Source: Eukaryota sp. TZLM1-RC
Taxonomy: Eukaryota; Protista; Metamonada: BaSk clade
DNA: 64,000 nucleotides
Assembly: GCA_040285825.1 (NCBI GenBank)
Contig: JAUPSS010000008.1
Location: forward strand, 992,001 to 1,056,000
Direction of reading: 5' to 3'
How positions within the stretch are numbered: the stretch's first letter is position 1; each line of letters begins with the position of its first letter. A program made the position numbers and the translations under genes. Below, one piece after another: positions 23,474-33,868 of the stretch. The notes beneath the pieces were generated by a model. That model made no database searches, was not told the DNA's origin, and was given only the letters and a program-made list of their open reading frames with translations.

Positions 23474-23974
23474 TCACACTGAAAAACTCCGTTCCTTCAA
23501 ATTAACTACACTTGGATCCTCTTTGCTTTTGACAGTTCGAGATCTGGAAAGAAGAGACCATAGAGTTATAAACTTTGCTTCAATTCTGGTCGCATAACCT
23601 GAGAAGACAACATAACGAGATAGAGGAAACGTGAAGCAACAAAAAATAATGATTTTTGAAATTGCCCAAGATAATGATGGTCCAAACAAGTCTGATTTGG
23701 ATAACGACATCGTGAGCAACCCATGCAGGAGAGCACTGGTATAGGAGACAGTGAAATATGACACCAATGAATATAGTTTAGAGACGGTAGGCTTGAAAAC
23801 TAGTCTGTAACACAACGAAAAATGAAGTATTCCACCACATACGCTACCCAAAAAGGCAGCCAAATATATGGGAACACCGCAAAACAGTAGTGATGAATAA
23901 ACTAAACCATCAAAGAAGGTTGCAGCGATCGACGAAAGCGTTGACTTTCCAAGCTCAAGAAATGCCTGTAACAT
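23474..23974 (-). CDS. GtrA-like 4-TM membrane protein
   Basis: ATFFDGLVY; GGILHFSLCYRLVFK; FPLSRYVVFS, the typical GtrA pattern. Confidence 0.7.
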   Translation of the reverse strand: MLQAFLELGKSTLSSIAATFFDGLVYSSLLFCGVPIYLAAFLGSVCGGILHFSLCYRLVFKPTVSKLYSLVSYFTVSYTSALLHGLLTMSLSKSDLFGPSLSWAISKIIIFCCFTFPLSRYVVFSGYATRIEAKFITLWSLLSRSRTVKSKEDPSVVNLKERSFSV

Positions 23975-24129
23975 TGGGGACTTTAACCCGAAATTTGTTT
24001 GGATTTGTTTTTCGTTGAGAATTTCACATAAAATGGATATTGAATCAATATCTGTAACACTGGTGCAAACTTCTCAGGACCCAGGGTTAGTATACAGTAA
24101 ACACCTTGGAAATACGTTGGTGAAAATAG

Positions 24130-24255
24130 CTACTGCTGTCTTCTTAGACGTCTCACACGCCTTGGACTTCGGAGTGGTTCTGGCCTAGTACCAGTCAAAT
24201 ACTCACTGATTGTAATCTCCAACTAATTTCTGGAGGCTGAGATGTCCCTAGACCA
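24130..24255 (-). mobile_element. Isolated Fanzor 3'-end fragment (RuvC-III to stop)
   Basis: Translates WSRDISASRN*LEITISEYLTGTRPEPLRSPRRVRRLRRQQ*. DNA matches 3677-3729 (TTTCTGGAGGCTGAGATGTCCCT is identical). Confidence 0.85.
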
Positions 24256-24385
24256 TAATTAATAGAATACATCGGTTCTTTTATCGAATAGGAGAAGCAA
24301 TGGTGAGAAAACACTCAGATCAGGATGTTGTAAAGGAAACTCTTGGTTCATTCAATTTAGTCCCATTAGTTCTGATTGAATTTTA
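24256..24385 (+). mobile_element. 3' end fragment of family A RLE retrotransposon
   Basis: Homologous to 38485-38595 (...CGAATA.GAGAAGC...TCAGATCA...CTTGGTTCA...GTCCCATTAGTT). Confidence 0.7.
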
Positions 24386-24441
24386 TTAATTGTTGTAGTT
24401 CAATAACAAGTTAATATTTCGGGTAAAAAACAATGCTAATT

Positions 24442-25675
24442 TAATGTAATAACACCAGCGACTACAACTCAGAAACATTATATGAAGATATCGAATTTGT
24501 TTATTGTTTTTTTGGACCGTTGTTTGGAAGTCGCCTATGAGATTCTCTGATTTATAGAAAATTTGAAAGCTATATATACCAACATTCTCCTTTAAAATCG
24601 TTTTTTTCAATAATATTATCAAAACATTTCATCTGATTTGAAATCCTTTGAAACTAATACATTTAACTCCCTTCTTCGTAACCAAGTGTCATTTACAACA
24701 GCACAAAAGTTTATTGCTTGTTTATCAATACCTATTTGTACTAACCTTGATACTGACAAGTTCATGAAATTGTTGGTGAAATTCATTCAACAACCATTTG
24801 GAGGGCAATTGTCTGATTTCAGCCATTATTCGATATTCGTTATGTTTGAATAAATTAATCATCTACTAAATATACTGATATTTAACTAATGTTGCGCTTA
24901 ATTTCTTACTCAACTCATAACGCCGTCGCTGTAGAATGCTTGAATTATGAATTGTCACTCTTCATGATGATGAGATTCAACATTGACAAGCTGCCCGATT
25001 AATGAAATTTTTAAAGGTATTAATTATGCATCGATACATCAATTGCTCCTTGAACGCGACCTTTAATTGAAGCAATCACAAACATCTTGACCAGAATTTG
25101 GGTAATATTCTACATGGAATTGAAGTATTGAAAAGATTGAGTGCATCCAAGTCAACATCAAGAGAACATTGAGCTCGATATGATTTAATAAATTCAGTGA
25201 AATTAAAAATTAATGGCAAGTCAATAAATGATCAATTAACTAATTGTTTGGTAGCTTCTCATCATTAGACAAAATTAATTTATTATTTATTGATGAATCA
25301 GAGTTAAAATATGCACTTTGAGCAAAATAGAATTGAATTTAAAAAGGATGGTTATTAGGTCGTTGTAATTGATGAGTTTTAACAAGTTATTGTTGCTTCA
25401 ATTGAAAGAACTGAACACTTAATACCATGGAAGAGGCATCACATGTTGTTTCGTCAAGAGCTTACCGTGTGTAAATCATGCGAAAGTTTGTGCAATAGAG
25501 ATCGAATTCTGCTTTGAACATATTGACATTGATGGAAGCACATGTAAATCGTGGAAATAGACCAGTATACCTACAGAGAGCCAAGGTTGATGAAGGTTCA
25601 AAAAAGAAAATCTTCCACTTCTCGAAAAAAACTCTGTCCCTCTACATTGCTGTTAACAGGACACTTCTGCCATTA
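24442..25675 (-). repeat. Unclassified ~1.2-kb dispersed repeat / decayed gene family member
   Basis: Colinear with 59424-60650, with high identity over the first ~550 bp and the same left boundary (TAATGTAATAACACCAGCGAC). The minus strand carries broken ORFs. Confidence 0.8.
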
Positions 25676-25696
25676 TCATTGATATTATCTGCAAGA

Positions 25697-27184
25697 ATGA
25701 ATCGTTTTACGTCTCTCAAAACAGTCTTTTCGTCATCTAAACCAGAGGAAGAACCTCTATACTTTACGTCTTCTACAACAGCACATTGGGGTACTCATTC
25801 ACTCCCACTGGGTTTTTTGATATATGAAGATGCGTTTTCTGTTTTTGATCTATCACAATCTCAACCTACTCTTGCGTATTCTACACACTCTGAACATCCT
25901 GTTCTTGCCATAACACCACTACATCACCCCCCACAACCTTTGAAGCTTCCACCAAAAGAAAAGTCTTCTAAAATATCGTTTGAAAGGCCTGCCGTCTTGG
26001 TTGCTGTGCTCAAAAACTCACATGTACTTTTAGAAATACATCCATTATGCTCAAAAGGGGGACCTCAATTGGTTCCCAACTCTTTATTCGCAGCCCCTCA
26101 ACCTGAGTACTTTCCCGACGTTCAACTTTTCTCCTCACGACATGCGATAGTTTTTGCTTTCAGTCACCATATATCCATTTTATGTCCCTCTACCCTTACA
26201 CCCCTCAAACAACTCTCCCTTCCTGGTGTTCCTCTTTGTTTTGCAGGACGATACCTTGCTCTCAGCCAACTGTTTACCGAAGAACAGCAAAAATCTTCAT
26301 CCAATCTTGCTTCTTCTGCTCCCATCATGCATTCTGTTGTGTCAACCACGACATCAGTGGTAAAGTCTCTGGGATCTAGAGCTGCCCAGCTGACTGGAAA
26401 CTCACCTCAGGAACCGCCTGATTGTGCAGAGGATGGAGTTAATGGAGTGGCAATCATTGATGTTGTTTCAAGTATCTATTCTTCTTCCCCTCTTCCTGTT
26501 TTGATCTGCTCTTGTATCACCCACTCAAGACCAGTAGTTGAAGCAAGTTTTTGTAATAGAGGGGTTCGGTTGTTGGTAGCTGATGGTAAGTGTCGATTGA
26601 TTAATCTTCTCTCTTTATTACCAAACCCTTCCTTGGAAGCTACTCTATGCAGGGGAGCAACACCAGCTAAGCCTGTTTCAATGTCATTCTCCCTTGATCA
26701 CAGATGGGCCGCAGTAATGACTTCTCATGGAACAGCCCACATTTTCAGTGCAATCAACAAGAGTAATATAGTAGTGGAAAGGACACTTCGACTTCGACAT
26801 TCTGTTCCAGGGAAAACAGAAGAAGAACTTGATTCTAGACAACACGAGGGCAGGAAAATGAGTGTCTCTTTCCTAAGTGGTTCAGGACCAAGAACTTATA
26901 AAGTATTGTGTATAGTTTTTGGCAAAATTTATTCACACTTCTTAACTGAAACTCCTTCTCCCAACCCAGGGCAACCTCCTATACTTAAGGAAGTCTCAAG
27001 TGACTCGTTAGCCCCCTCTCCAAAGCCTAAACAAGGAGAGAGAAAGTTGATGAAGAAGCTAAAGGAGGAGGAAGTTTTTGACAGATTCGAACATATAGAA
27101 GTTGTTACTTGTAGCAGTGTCGGTAGGACGCTTGGAGAGCAAGTCACTGTTGAACCCTTAGATGTGATTTCAGGAGAAGAATAG
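25697..27184 (+). CDS. BCAS3/ATG18-like WD40 (PROPPIN-related) protein
   Basis: LCRGATPAKPVSMSFSLDHRWAAVMTSHGTAHIF, GRYLA and C-terminal HIEVVT motifs; likely ATG 25697. Confidence 0.7.
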   Translation: MNRFTSLKTVFSSSKPEEEPLYFTSSTTAHWGTHSLPLGFLIYEDAFSVFDLSQSQPTLAYSTHSEHPVLAITPLHHPPQPLKLPPKEKSSKISFERPAVLVAVLKNSHVLLEIHPLCSKGGPQLVPNSLFAAPQPEYFPDVQLFSSRHAIVFAFSHHISILCPSTLTPLKQLSLPGVPLCFAGRYLALSQLFTEEQQKSSSNLASSAPIMHSVVSTTTSVVKSLGSRAAQLTGNSPQEPPDCAEDGVNGVAIIDVVSSIYSSSPLPVLICSCITHSRPVVEASFCNRGVRLLVADGKCRLINLLSLLPNPSLEATLCRGATPAKPVSMSFSLDHRWAAVMTSHGTAHIFSAINKSNIVVERTLRLRHSVPGKTEEELDSRQHEGRKMSVSFLSGSGPRTYKVLCIVFGKIYSHFLTETPSPNPGQPPILKEVSSDSLAPSPKPKQGERKLMKKLKEEEVFDRFEHIEVVTCSSVGRTLGEQVTVEPLDVISGEE

Positions 27185-27334
27185 GATTTTTTGTTTTCTT
27201 TTGTAAATATTTTGAGCATTTGTTGTTTAATCAATATGCATTTGATAATAGCAAGAGCTGATTTTGGTAATTAGATGAAACAAAGAGTATAATTTAAAAT
27301 TAAAAAAACTATTTTATTAAAATATAAAGATAAA

Positions 27335-30300
27335 TTAAATTCCTAACAGTCTCTTTAATCTAACTTGTTGTGTATCGTTAAGCGACTGCCACAACATTGA
27401 CTGGTCTTCTTGAGTCAAACTTGATTGATTAGCTTTAATCGTATTCTCAATCATTTGATTAACCTCATCTGTAATCAATTCTGTTGAATACACACTAGAT
27501 AGTAACTGAATAACCCTAACCATTCCTACATGCTCATTCCCCCCGCCAATAACACTTCTAATTCCACTTCCTTGAGGCGATAGCACGGTATTAATCACTG
27601 TAGAGTAGACATACTTTACTTCAGCAACATCGACCTTTAAAGGCAATAACTTGAAAATCAAAGACCAAGCTTGTTGTGGTGGACAAACATCTGGGTAGGC
27701 CAATGTTAGTCTTATCAATCCAGCCAAGACATTATCACTTGTACCATCATTATCTTTTGTCCTAGCATTTGGTCTATCAGCAAGGGTACAAAAGTTTTGC
27801 AGTATTGTAGGTGCAAAAGATTTCGTTTGCTGGGAATGTTTTTGAGCACAAACAGCAGCTCCATAGACAGCTGCTTGTTTAACAGATTCATTTGGGAACC
27901 TCATAAAATCAACAAAGTAGGGAAGAGCTTCTGTAATTAAAGGTTCTATTCCCTGTTTACAATGATCCAAAACATCATCAAGTAAACATAAGGAAGTTTG
28001 AACTCGGAGAACAGTAACATCTGAGGAATCTAATTCATCAGTAGAAGTAAGGGTATGGTTGGGACTGGGTTTGTAAGTGTCCAACATTTGCTTGAACGTA
28101 GGCCAAATATTGGAAAAGATGGGGACAAATGAATCACCCATTCCTACAGCAATTGTTCCTAGAGTCTCTACTAAAGCGACAAACAACATCGCCTTATCGT
28201 CATCCTCAAAGTCTTCTGCTTCCTCTACTTCTTCTTGCTCATTCAGTAGTTTATTGAGTTGGTCCAAGACCAAAGTAATGACTGTTTGGCTATGGTTTGG
28301 AGGTGCATTACCCGGACCAAGAACCCTAAAGAGACCTTCTAAAGCTCTGACACAGTTGGATATCTCAACAAAAGAGACAGAATCGTTCAAAGATTTGATA
28401 ATCTTTGGAATCATAAAGTTCAACACTTGCATAACATAAGCTGACCGCTCCTGCTCGCTTTGAGGAGCTTTAACCGCTACTTTAAGAACATAGGGACATG
28501 CAGCAAGTGCGGCTTCAGCTAAATCAACAGTAAAGTGATTCAAACGTTCACCAATGATCCTTATGGTTTGCTCCAAGAATGGAAAGAATGCACCTTCCAA
28601 GTGTGCCATGTAAGTAGTCAAAAGACTAATTGCTTGAGAAGCTTCATGAACATCATGAGTGTATACAGAAACAATATCATTTTCCAACAACATTGCAGTA
28701 TATCCTTCTTGAACTTCCGAATCAGGATTATCAGGGTCAATAGCTGCCGATTTGGTTACTTGAATATCTTTACCCGCAGTCTCTAATAATGGAGGGATTA
28801 CTATAGGTAAGTAAGGAGTAAAAGCTTCTCCCAAACACTGGGCAATTCTGCAACAAGAAGAAGGAATATAAATGTTTAGTTTGTCACTAATGTTACCTTC
28901 TTGTTTCAATTGAGCTGAAATTTCAAGCAATATATTCAATACTTTTTGAGCATCATTTAAAAACCGATCTTTGCCGACAGCGATTCCAATAAGAGAAATA
29001 CACTCAACGGCCTTACCACGAAGAGTTTGGGTATCGGAAGAAGTAGCATGGGTTAAAATGGAGACCAAGAAGGGCATGAGGGTGTCGTAAAACTTGCCAA
29101 AAGCATTACCACATGATTTGGCCAAAGCAGCAAGGGCAGTAACAGACTGTTCTTTTCCTCTCTTGAGCGGTGCGTCCAGCATTGGGAATAATGCATTGGT
29201 CATCATGTCCATATAAGGTTGAATTGTATCAGCAGGGGCTTCCTCAGCATAATTAATAAGTGAAGAAGCTGTGTGAATTTGAACACGGCTGGAAGAATCA
29301 CCTAGTAGTTTAACCAACAAAGGAACTGCCCTAGAATGAAAGTTTTCCTGGACAATAGGGGTGAAATCAGTGGCTAATTGACCAAAGGAATTAACAGCAA
29401 ACCAACGAACTCTGGGGTGGGAGTCAGTCATTGCAGAAAGGACAAGATCCACCATTTCATTTAGTTGAGTGATTTCTAATTCGTCTGCGCACCCTTCACC
29501 AATCAAAGAAATGGCATTCAAGCCAGCAGAACGTTGATTCCATGATGGAAGAGAAACTAAATGTTTGATGAGGGGCATGATTAGAGGAAACAGTTTTTTA
29601 CCTCCCAGAGATAAAGCCATTCTGTCAAGACCTCTCTCTGCAGCAAAGTAAACAGCTTCCTCATCATAATCATGGTCTGTGGGGTCCAAATTTTCCCAGT
29701 CTTCATCCTCAGGAAGATCACACATAAGGGTTAGGGTTAGGGTAAGAATGGATGATAATAATTGCGGAGAAGTTTTAATTGTTTTTTTCAACTTTTCGGT
29801 AAACAGTACTAATATTTCAAGAGCTAAATTTCGACATTCGTTGGGCAACATTGCCTGAGAAGCTAAACCAAGCAGAACATTACAAAAATCAGCCAAAATG
29901 GGCCTGAAAAAAACTGCTCTTGACTCCGCAATCTCTGCCAATTCAGCCAAGGTAGTCTCAAGAGCTTCCACAGTACTTTCAGAGTATTGAGCGACAATGG
30001 CCTCAGCCAAATGCTGCATAGTGGTGGATACAGGAGCCATTAATTCTCTCAATACCTTAACTTGCTTGACTTCATCACATGCACATACAATAGCAGTAAA
30101 GGCCCTTATGGCTGCAAGTCTTACCTCACCTGACTGGTCTTGGAAGGCCTTGGAGAGGGCTGTCCGCAGATAAGAAAGATTGGGCAAAATTGTGGAAAAG
30201 ATAATGGGAGCGACTCGGGAGAGAGCGAGAAAGGCTAATTCACGTTGGCTGGCATCACTGCTTTCAGAAAGGGAGAACAACCAAGGAAGAAGTTCAGTCC

Positions 30301-30652
30301 ATTCTTGTTTGTCTCGTTTGAGAGAACCATAATAAACAGAGAGACACTCAGACATGCGACGACGAATGTCATGGTCCTTAGTTGAAAGAATCCATTGAGG
30401 GATTTCCTGCTTGAGGGCAATACGAGCATCCTGTGGGAGTAGGCCATAAGCTGAATCAGATTTATAGGAAAGAGCTTCACGAAGAAGTACTGCAGCCAGT
30501 TGACGAGTACCTACCTCCAGTTCTGACGATTGTGCACATGAAACAAGATTCATTAAATAGGAGCGAGGATCTTGCTTGAACTGCTTCAGAGCTTCCTCGG
30601 CAGCATTGACTTGAGCCGTCTGTATCGAGCGGAGAACAGATACAAAATCCAT
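27335..30652 (-). CDS. IPO5: Importin-5 / karyopherin beta-3 (HEAT repeats)
   Basis: RQLAAVLLR, GLDRMALSLGG, DSHPRVRW, GQLATDF, LRGKAVECISLIGIAVGKDRF and QAAVYG motifs; likely ATG 30652. Confidence 0.92.
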   Translation of the reverse strand: MDFVSVLRSIQTAQVNAAEEALKQFKQDPRSYLMNLVSCAQSSELEVGTRQLAAVLLREALSYKSDSAYGLLPQDARIALKQEIPQWILSTKDHDIRRRMSECLSVYYGSLKRDKQEWTELLPWLFSLSESSDASQRELAFLALSRVAPIIFSTILPNLSYLRTALSKAFQDQSGEVRLAAIRAFTAIVCACDEVKQVKVLRELMAPVSTTMQHLAEAIVAQYSESTVEALETTLAELAEIAESRAVFFRPILADFCNVLLGLASQAMLPNECRNLALEILVLFTEKLKKTIKTSPQLLSSILTLTLTLMCDLPEDEDWENLDPTDHDYDEEAVYFAAERGLDRMALSLGGKKLFPLIMPLIKHLVSLPSWNQRSAGLNAISLIGEGCADELEITQLNEMVDLVLSAMTDSHPRVRWFAVNSFGQLATDFTPIVQENFHSRAVPLLVKLLGDSSSRVQIHTASSLINYAEEAPADTIQPYMDMMTNALFPMLDAPLKRGKEQSVTALAALAKSCGNAFGKFYDTLMPFLVSILTHATSSDTQTLRGKAVECISLIGIAVGKDRFLNDAQKVLNILLEISAQLKQEGNISDKLNIYIPSSCCRIAQCLGEAFTPYLPIVIPPLLETAGKDIQVTKSAAIDPDNPDSEVQEGYTAMLLENDIVSVYTHDVHEASQAISLLTTYMAHLEGAFFPFLEQTIRIIGERLNHFTVDLAEAALAACPYVLKVAVKAPQSEQERSAYVMQVLNFMIPKIIKSLNDSVSFVEISNCVRALEGLFRVLGPGNAPPNHSQTVITLVLDQLNKLLNEQEEVEEAEDFEDDDKAMLFVALVETLGTIAVGMGDSFVPIFSNIWPTFKQMLDTYKPSPNHTLTSTDELDSSDVTVLRVQTSLCLLDDVLDHCKQGIEPLITEALPYFVDFMRFPNESVKQAAVYGAAVCAQKHSQQTKSFAPTILQNFCTLADRPNARTKDNDGTSDNVLAGLIRLTLAYPDVCPPQQAWSLIFKLLPLKVDVAEVKYVYSTVINTVLSPQGSGIRSVIGGGNEHVGMVRVIQLLSSVYSTELITDEVNQMIENTIKANQSSLTQEDQSMLWQSLNDTQQVRLKRLLGI

Positions 30653-30691
30653 GTCGAATTGATGAAAAGAAGAAAAGAGGTTCTCCCTGCA

Positions 30692-33600
30692 ATGTTGTCT
30701 ACATGCCACCATCAAGCGGAATACTCTGTGTTGCTGCCTGGAAGGAAACGTCTGTGTCTTGTATGTACACAAGGCCACTCTCAAGATCCATTTCTGCTCA
30801 ACTCCCTACTTTTATCACTTACTGAATCGATCAACTTTCAAGCCCCAAGTCTTACATTCTGTACTTTCACACTAGAGCTTATCGATCCAATTCTCCATAA
30901 CTCGTTCAAAATTGCCAAAACCAACCTACTGGAGTCATGGTTTCATATCCTTTCACATCCCAATTTCTGTACCATGATAAGTACAATGGACAAACCACTA
31001 AGTAATGTTCTTTCTCTTTTGGAGGATTGCCGTGAGCCTAATGATGTCTATTTTTACTGTATTAGGTCTATGCTGCTTTGTCCGCCTGATTTACAATTAA
31101 TTTTCCTATCTGAATGCCATATATATTATTTTAAGTCGATAGTAAGTTATTTCTTGAATTTTCTCAAAACCGAATTTGCAGAACAGGTACTTGAAATTCT
31201 TGGTGACTTTTTAACTAAGGTTCATTGTACATCTGGTTTGAAAGAACTGATTTACGATTTATTATCAAATTTTTCTTGGAAAACGAGATTTCAAAATGCT
31301 CATAGTGGACTTTTCGTTTCCTTCTTGATCAACTTGTTGAATTCTTCTCAATTCTTCATCTCAGAAAATGTGCCAATTGCACAGTATTTGTCTATTTTAC
31401 CACTTAAAGAAATTGAATTTGTTACTGAAATTATTGGAAACTATTTCACCAATGATGTTAAAGAAAATGGACAATTGGTTGAAATTTTGATCCATTTGTT
31501 CACTAGTGGACTTTTGAACTCACATTCTTTACAACATCTCTCAGACGAAATTACTATTCCACTATTGAAATCTATTTATTTAAGTAGTGATTACAGTTTA
31601 AATATAATTGGATCCAAAATCCACCTTTTGTTCCTTATTGTCTCTAATTTTGGTCACATTGGTGGTGGTTCAACTGATGTTCTGGCTAATAAGCCTATTT
31701 CTTCTATAATTTCACCATTAATTAATACAATAGTTTTCAATATCAACGAACAAAAATCTCATCAATTAATTCATCAGTGCTTTCTTTTATTAAGTAAATT
31801 CCTCAACGAAATCACGTCTTCTTCTCTTCATTCTCAATGGCTCAATATTTTCACTGCTTCCATAAATGTTGAAGCTCTACCAATTGAATATCTGGGACCA
31901 TTGTCCGAAATTTTTGGGTTATTAATGTCCACTTGCGCTGATGTCTCTATAGAATCAGTGAACTTTCTGAATCAGTTGGTCATTCGTTGTTTAAGTTTTG
32001 TGGATCTTGAGAATCGAAATCTAGAGCTTGTGGGTCCTGTGGAAGATATTGGAAGTGGATTATTATGTTTATTGTTAAATGTTAACCATTTAGAAGCCTC
32101 AATAATAGAAAATGGATTAGATAACTATATTGTTCCATTAGCCGAGTTAGACCCTGAACTGACTTGTCGATGTTTGAGAAAGTGGATCAATTCCCCACAT
32201 TTTGATTCCAATCAGAATCATCTTGGAATAGTACATAACACTTATCCCCTACTTGATACTAACTCATGTTTTCTGGGTTTTGCAACAGAATTGTGCTGTA
32301 TTATTTTAAAGATTGACGACTCACAAATACATGGATCTCCTGAACAAATAATCCTGATTAAATTGTTCTATTTTGTATTCATTGGAATTGAAGTTTTGGA
32401 TGGTTTGGATTTAGATTCTTTAAATACACCCCTATTTAACAAATTGATTGAAGACACTGCTTTTTTAAAACTCATTGTACTGGTAGCCAAAATCTCGTTA
32501 GGTACAGTTACTGAAGATGATTACAAGTTGCCAATCATGGATGGTATTCCTGGATTTATGCTGCATTTAGTGGAATTGGTTGTAGATCACAGTAGATATT
32601 TAGGCAATTGCAACGTTGATGGTCTTGTCAGAACTGTTCTAACTTCTTTTTTGAGTCAAACTAGTTCAAATGAACTCATTAAATTAACGCAAATTCAAGA
32701 AAAAGTAATCTTGACTATACTAGATTATATTGTCAATCCAACCAAGACACGCCGGTCCGACACACTAATGAAGTTGGTGCAAGATACGTTGAATGTCATA
32801 TGTAGGATTAAGATTGATATTCCCATCACCATTATTGAATCTCTCTGCGCTCTGTTTTTAGGTTTGCTAAATGAAGAACTGTTCCCTGAAATATTTTATT
32901 TCTTGTGTCTAAAATCAGGTGAAATTGATAATTGGAGGCAAATCATTACACCATTTCAATTGTCTTCGCAGTTTTTATCCCAAATAATTAGTCCTTCGTG
33001 TAATGCGGTGATTCTAATAGGAATTGGGCTGTTGATTAATCAGGAAGAAATGCTAGGTGAGTCCACGATTCATGAAGCATTGAATACTCCACAATTGATC
33101 GACAAGATGATAACTCTTTTGACTTCCATTATCAAATCGTGGGCACTTCAACTTAAATCAAATTCATATATGCTTAGTACACGTGATCGAGCGAGTCTTA
33201 TGGGTTCGTCATACTTGTTGAGTTCATTATTTGACACTCACAATAATATATTGGGTTATTGTGGTTTAAATTCAACTTTGTCTGAATTACTTTACCAAAT
33301 GGATGAACTATTTCCGTTTTTAAATGACATTGCTCATTCTTTGGAACTATTTGTATTATTGAAGTTGTACACAGCTGTTGTTCCTGTGGTTAATCATTAT
33401 TCTCATGTACAAGTTCCTGTTCTTTTAAACCTTGTTTTTTCAAGTGTAAAAGAACTCGGTTCTCTTGCTGTTGATTTTCTGAGGAAGTTTCCTGAAGCAA
33501 CTCAGTTAAAACTCTTGCTTTCTACAATACCTCTTGATTTCATCACCTGTGGGATATTATCAATTGATATTGTTCTTGGTTTGCTTCAATTAAAGGCACT

Positions 33601-33868
33601 GTTTGATGACAATTTTGTAACAGAGACAGAGTGGTCATCATTGTTGAGCAATTTGATGAATGATTTTCTGATCAGTGAGAATAACCAAGTTTGTGTTGAC
33701 AAGTTTAAACTATTGGTTGATGTTCTAGATGCAAAATTTTCTGTTGATACCACGGTCAAGAGTAAACTGTCATCTATTCAAGGTAAAACCACTGGTCTCA
33801 ACGTTGTCAGAGTACCTGAACTTGGATTAGCTGTACCGATCTTCGGATTAACAGCAACATCTCCATGA
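30692..33868 (+). CDS. Large ARM/HEAT-like protein, probable MEI1/PRD1 homolog
   Basis: N-terminal C-HH...CLVC-x6-DP resembles the MEI1/PRD1 N-terminal motif, followed by ~1000 aa of leucine-rich helical sequence. Confidence 0.5.
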   Translation: MLSTCHHQAEYSVLLPGRKRLCLVCTQGHSQDPFLLNSLLLSLTESINFQAPSLTFCTFTLELIDPILHNSFKIAKTNLLESWFHILSHPNFCTMISTMDKPLSNVLSLLEDCREPNDVYFYCIRSMLLCPPDLQLIFLSECHIYYFKSIVSYFLNFLKTEFAEQVLEILGDFLTKVHCTSGLKELIYDLLSNFSWKTRFQNAHSGLFVSFLINLLNSSQFFISENVPIAQYLSILPLKEIEFVTEIIGNYFTNDVKENGQLVEILIHLFTSGLLNSHSLQHLSDEITIPLLKSIYLSSDYSLNIIGSKIHLLFLIVSNFGHIGGGSTDVLANKPISSIISPLINTIVFNINEQKSHQLIHQCFLLLSKFLNEITSSSLHSQWLNIFTASINVEALPIEYLGPLSEIFGLLMSTCADVSIESVNFLNQLVIRCLSFVDLENRNLELVGPVEDIGSGLLCLLLNVNHLEASIIENGLDNYIVPLAELDPELTCRCLRKWINSPHFDSNQNHLGIVHNTYPLLDTNSCFLGFATELCCIILKIDDSQIHGSPEQIILIKLFYFVFIGIEVLDGLDLDSLNTPLFNKLIEDTAFLKLIVLVAKISLGTVTEDDYKLPIMDGIPGFMLHLVELVVDHSRYLGNCNVDGLVRTVLTSFLSQTSSNELIKLTQIQEKVILTILDYIVNPTKTRRSDTLMKLVQDTLNVICRIKIDIPITIIESLCALFLGLLNEELFPEIFYFLCLKSGEIDNWRQIITPFQLSSQFLSQIISPSCNAVILIGIGLLINQEEMLGESTIHEALNTPQLIDKMITLLTSIIKSWALQLKSNSYMLSTRDRASLMGSSYLLSSLFDTHNNILGYCGLNSTLSELLYQMDELFPFLNDIAHSLELFVLLKLYTAVVPVVNHYSHVQVPVLLNLVFSSVKELGSLAVDFLRKFPEATQLKLLLSTIPLDFITCGILSIDIVLGLLQLKALFDDNFVTETEWSSLLSNLMNDFLISENNQVCVDKFKLLVDVLDAKFSVDTTVKSKLSSIQGKTTGLNVVRVPELGLAVPIFGLTATSP

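Noticed and set aside
30572-30784. Apparent 5' overlap of importin-5 and the + strand ORF
   Set aside because: Artifact of the ORF caller extending both ORFs upstream; the likely ATGs (30652, 30692) do not overlap.
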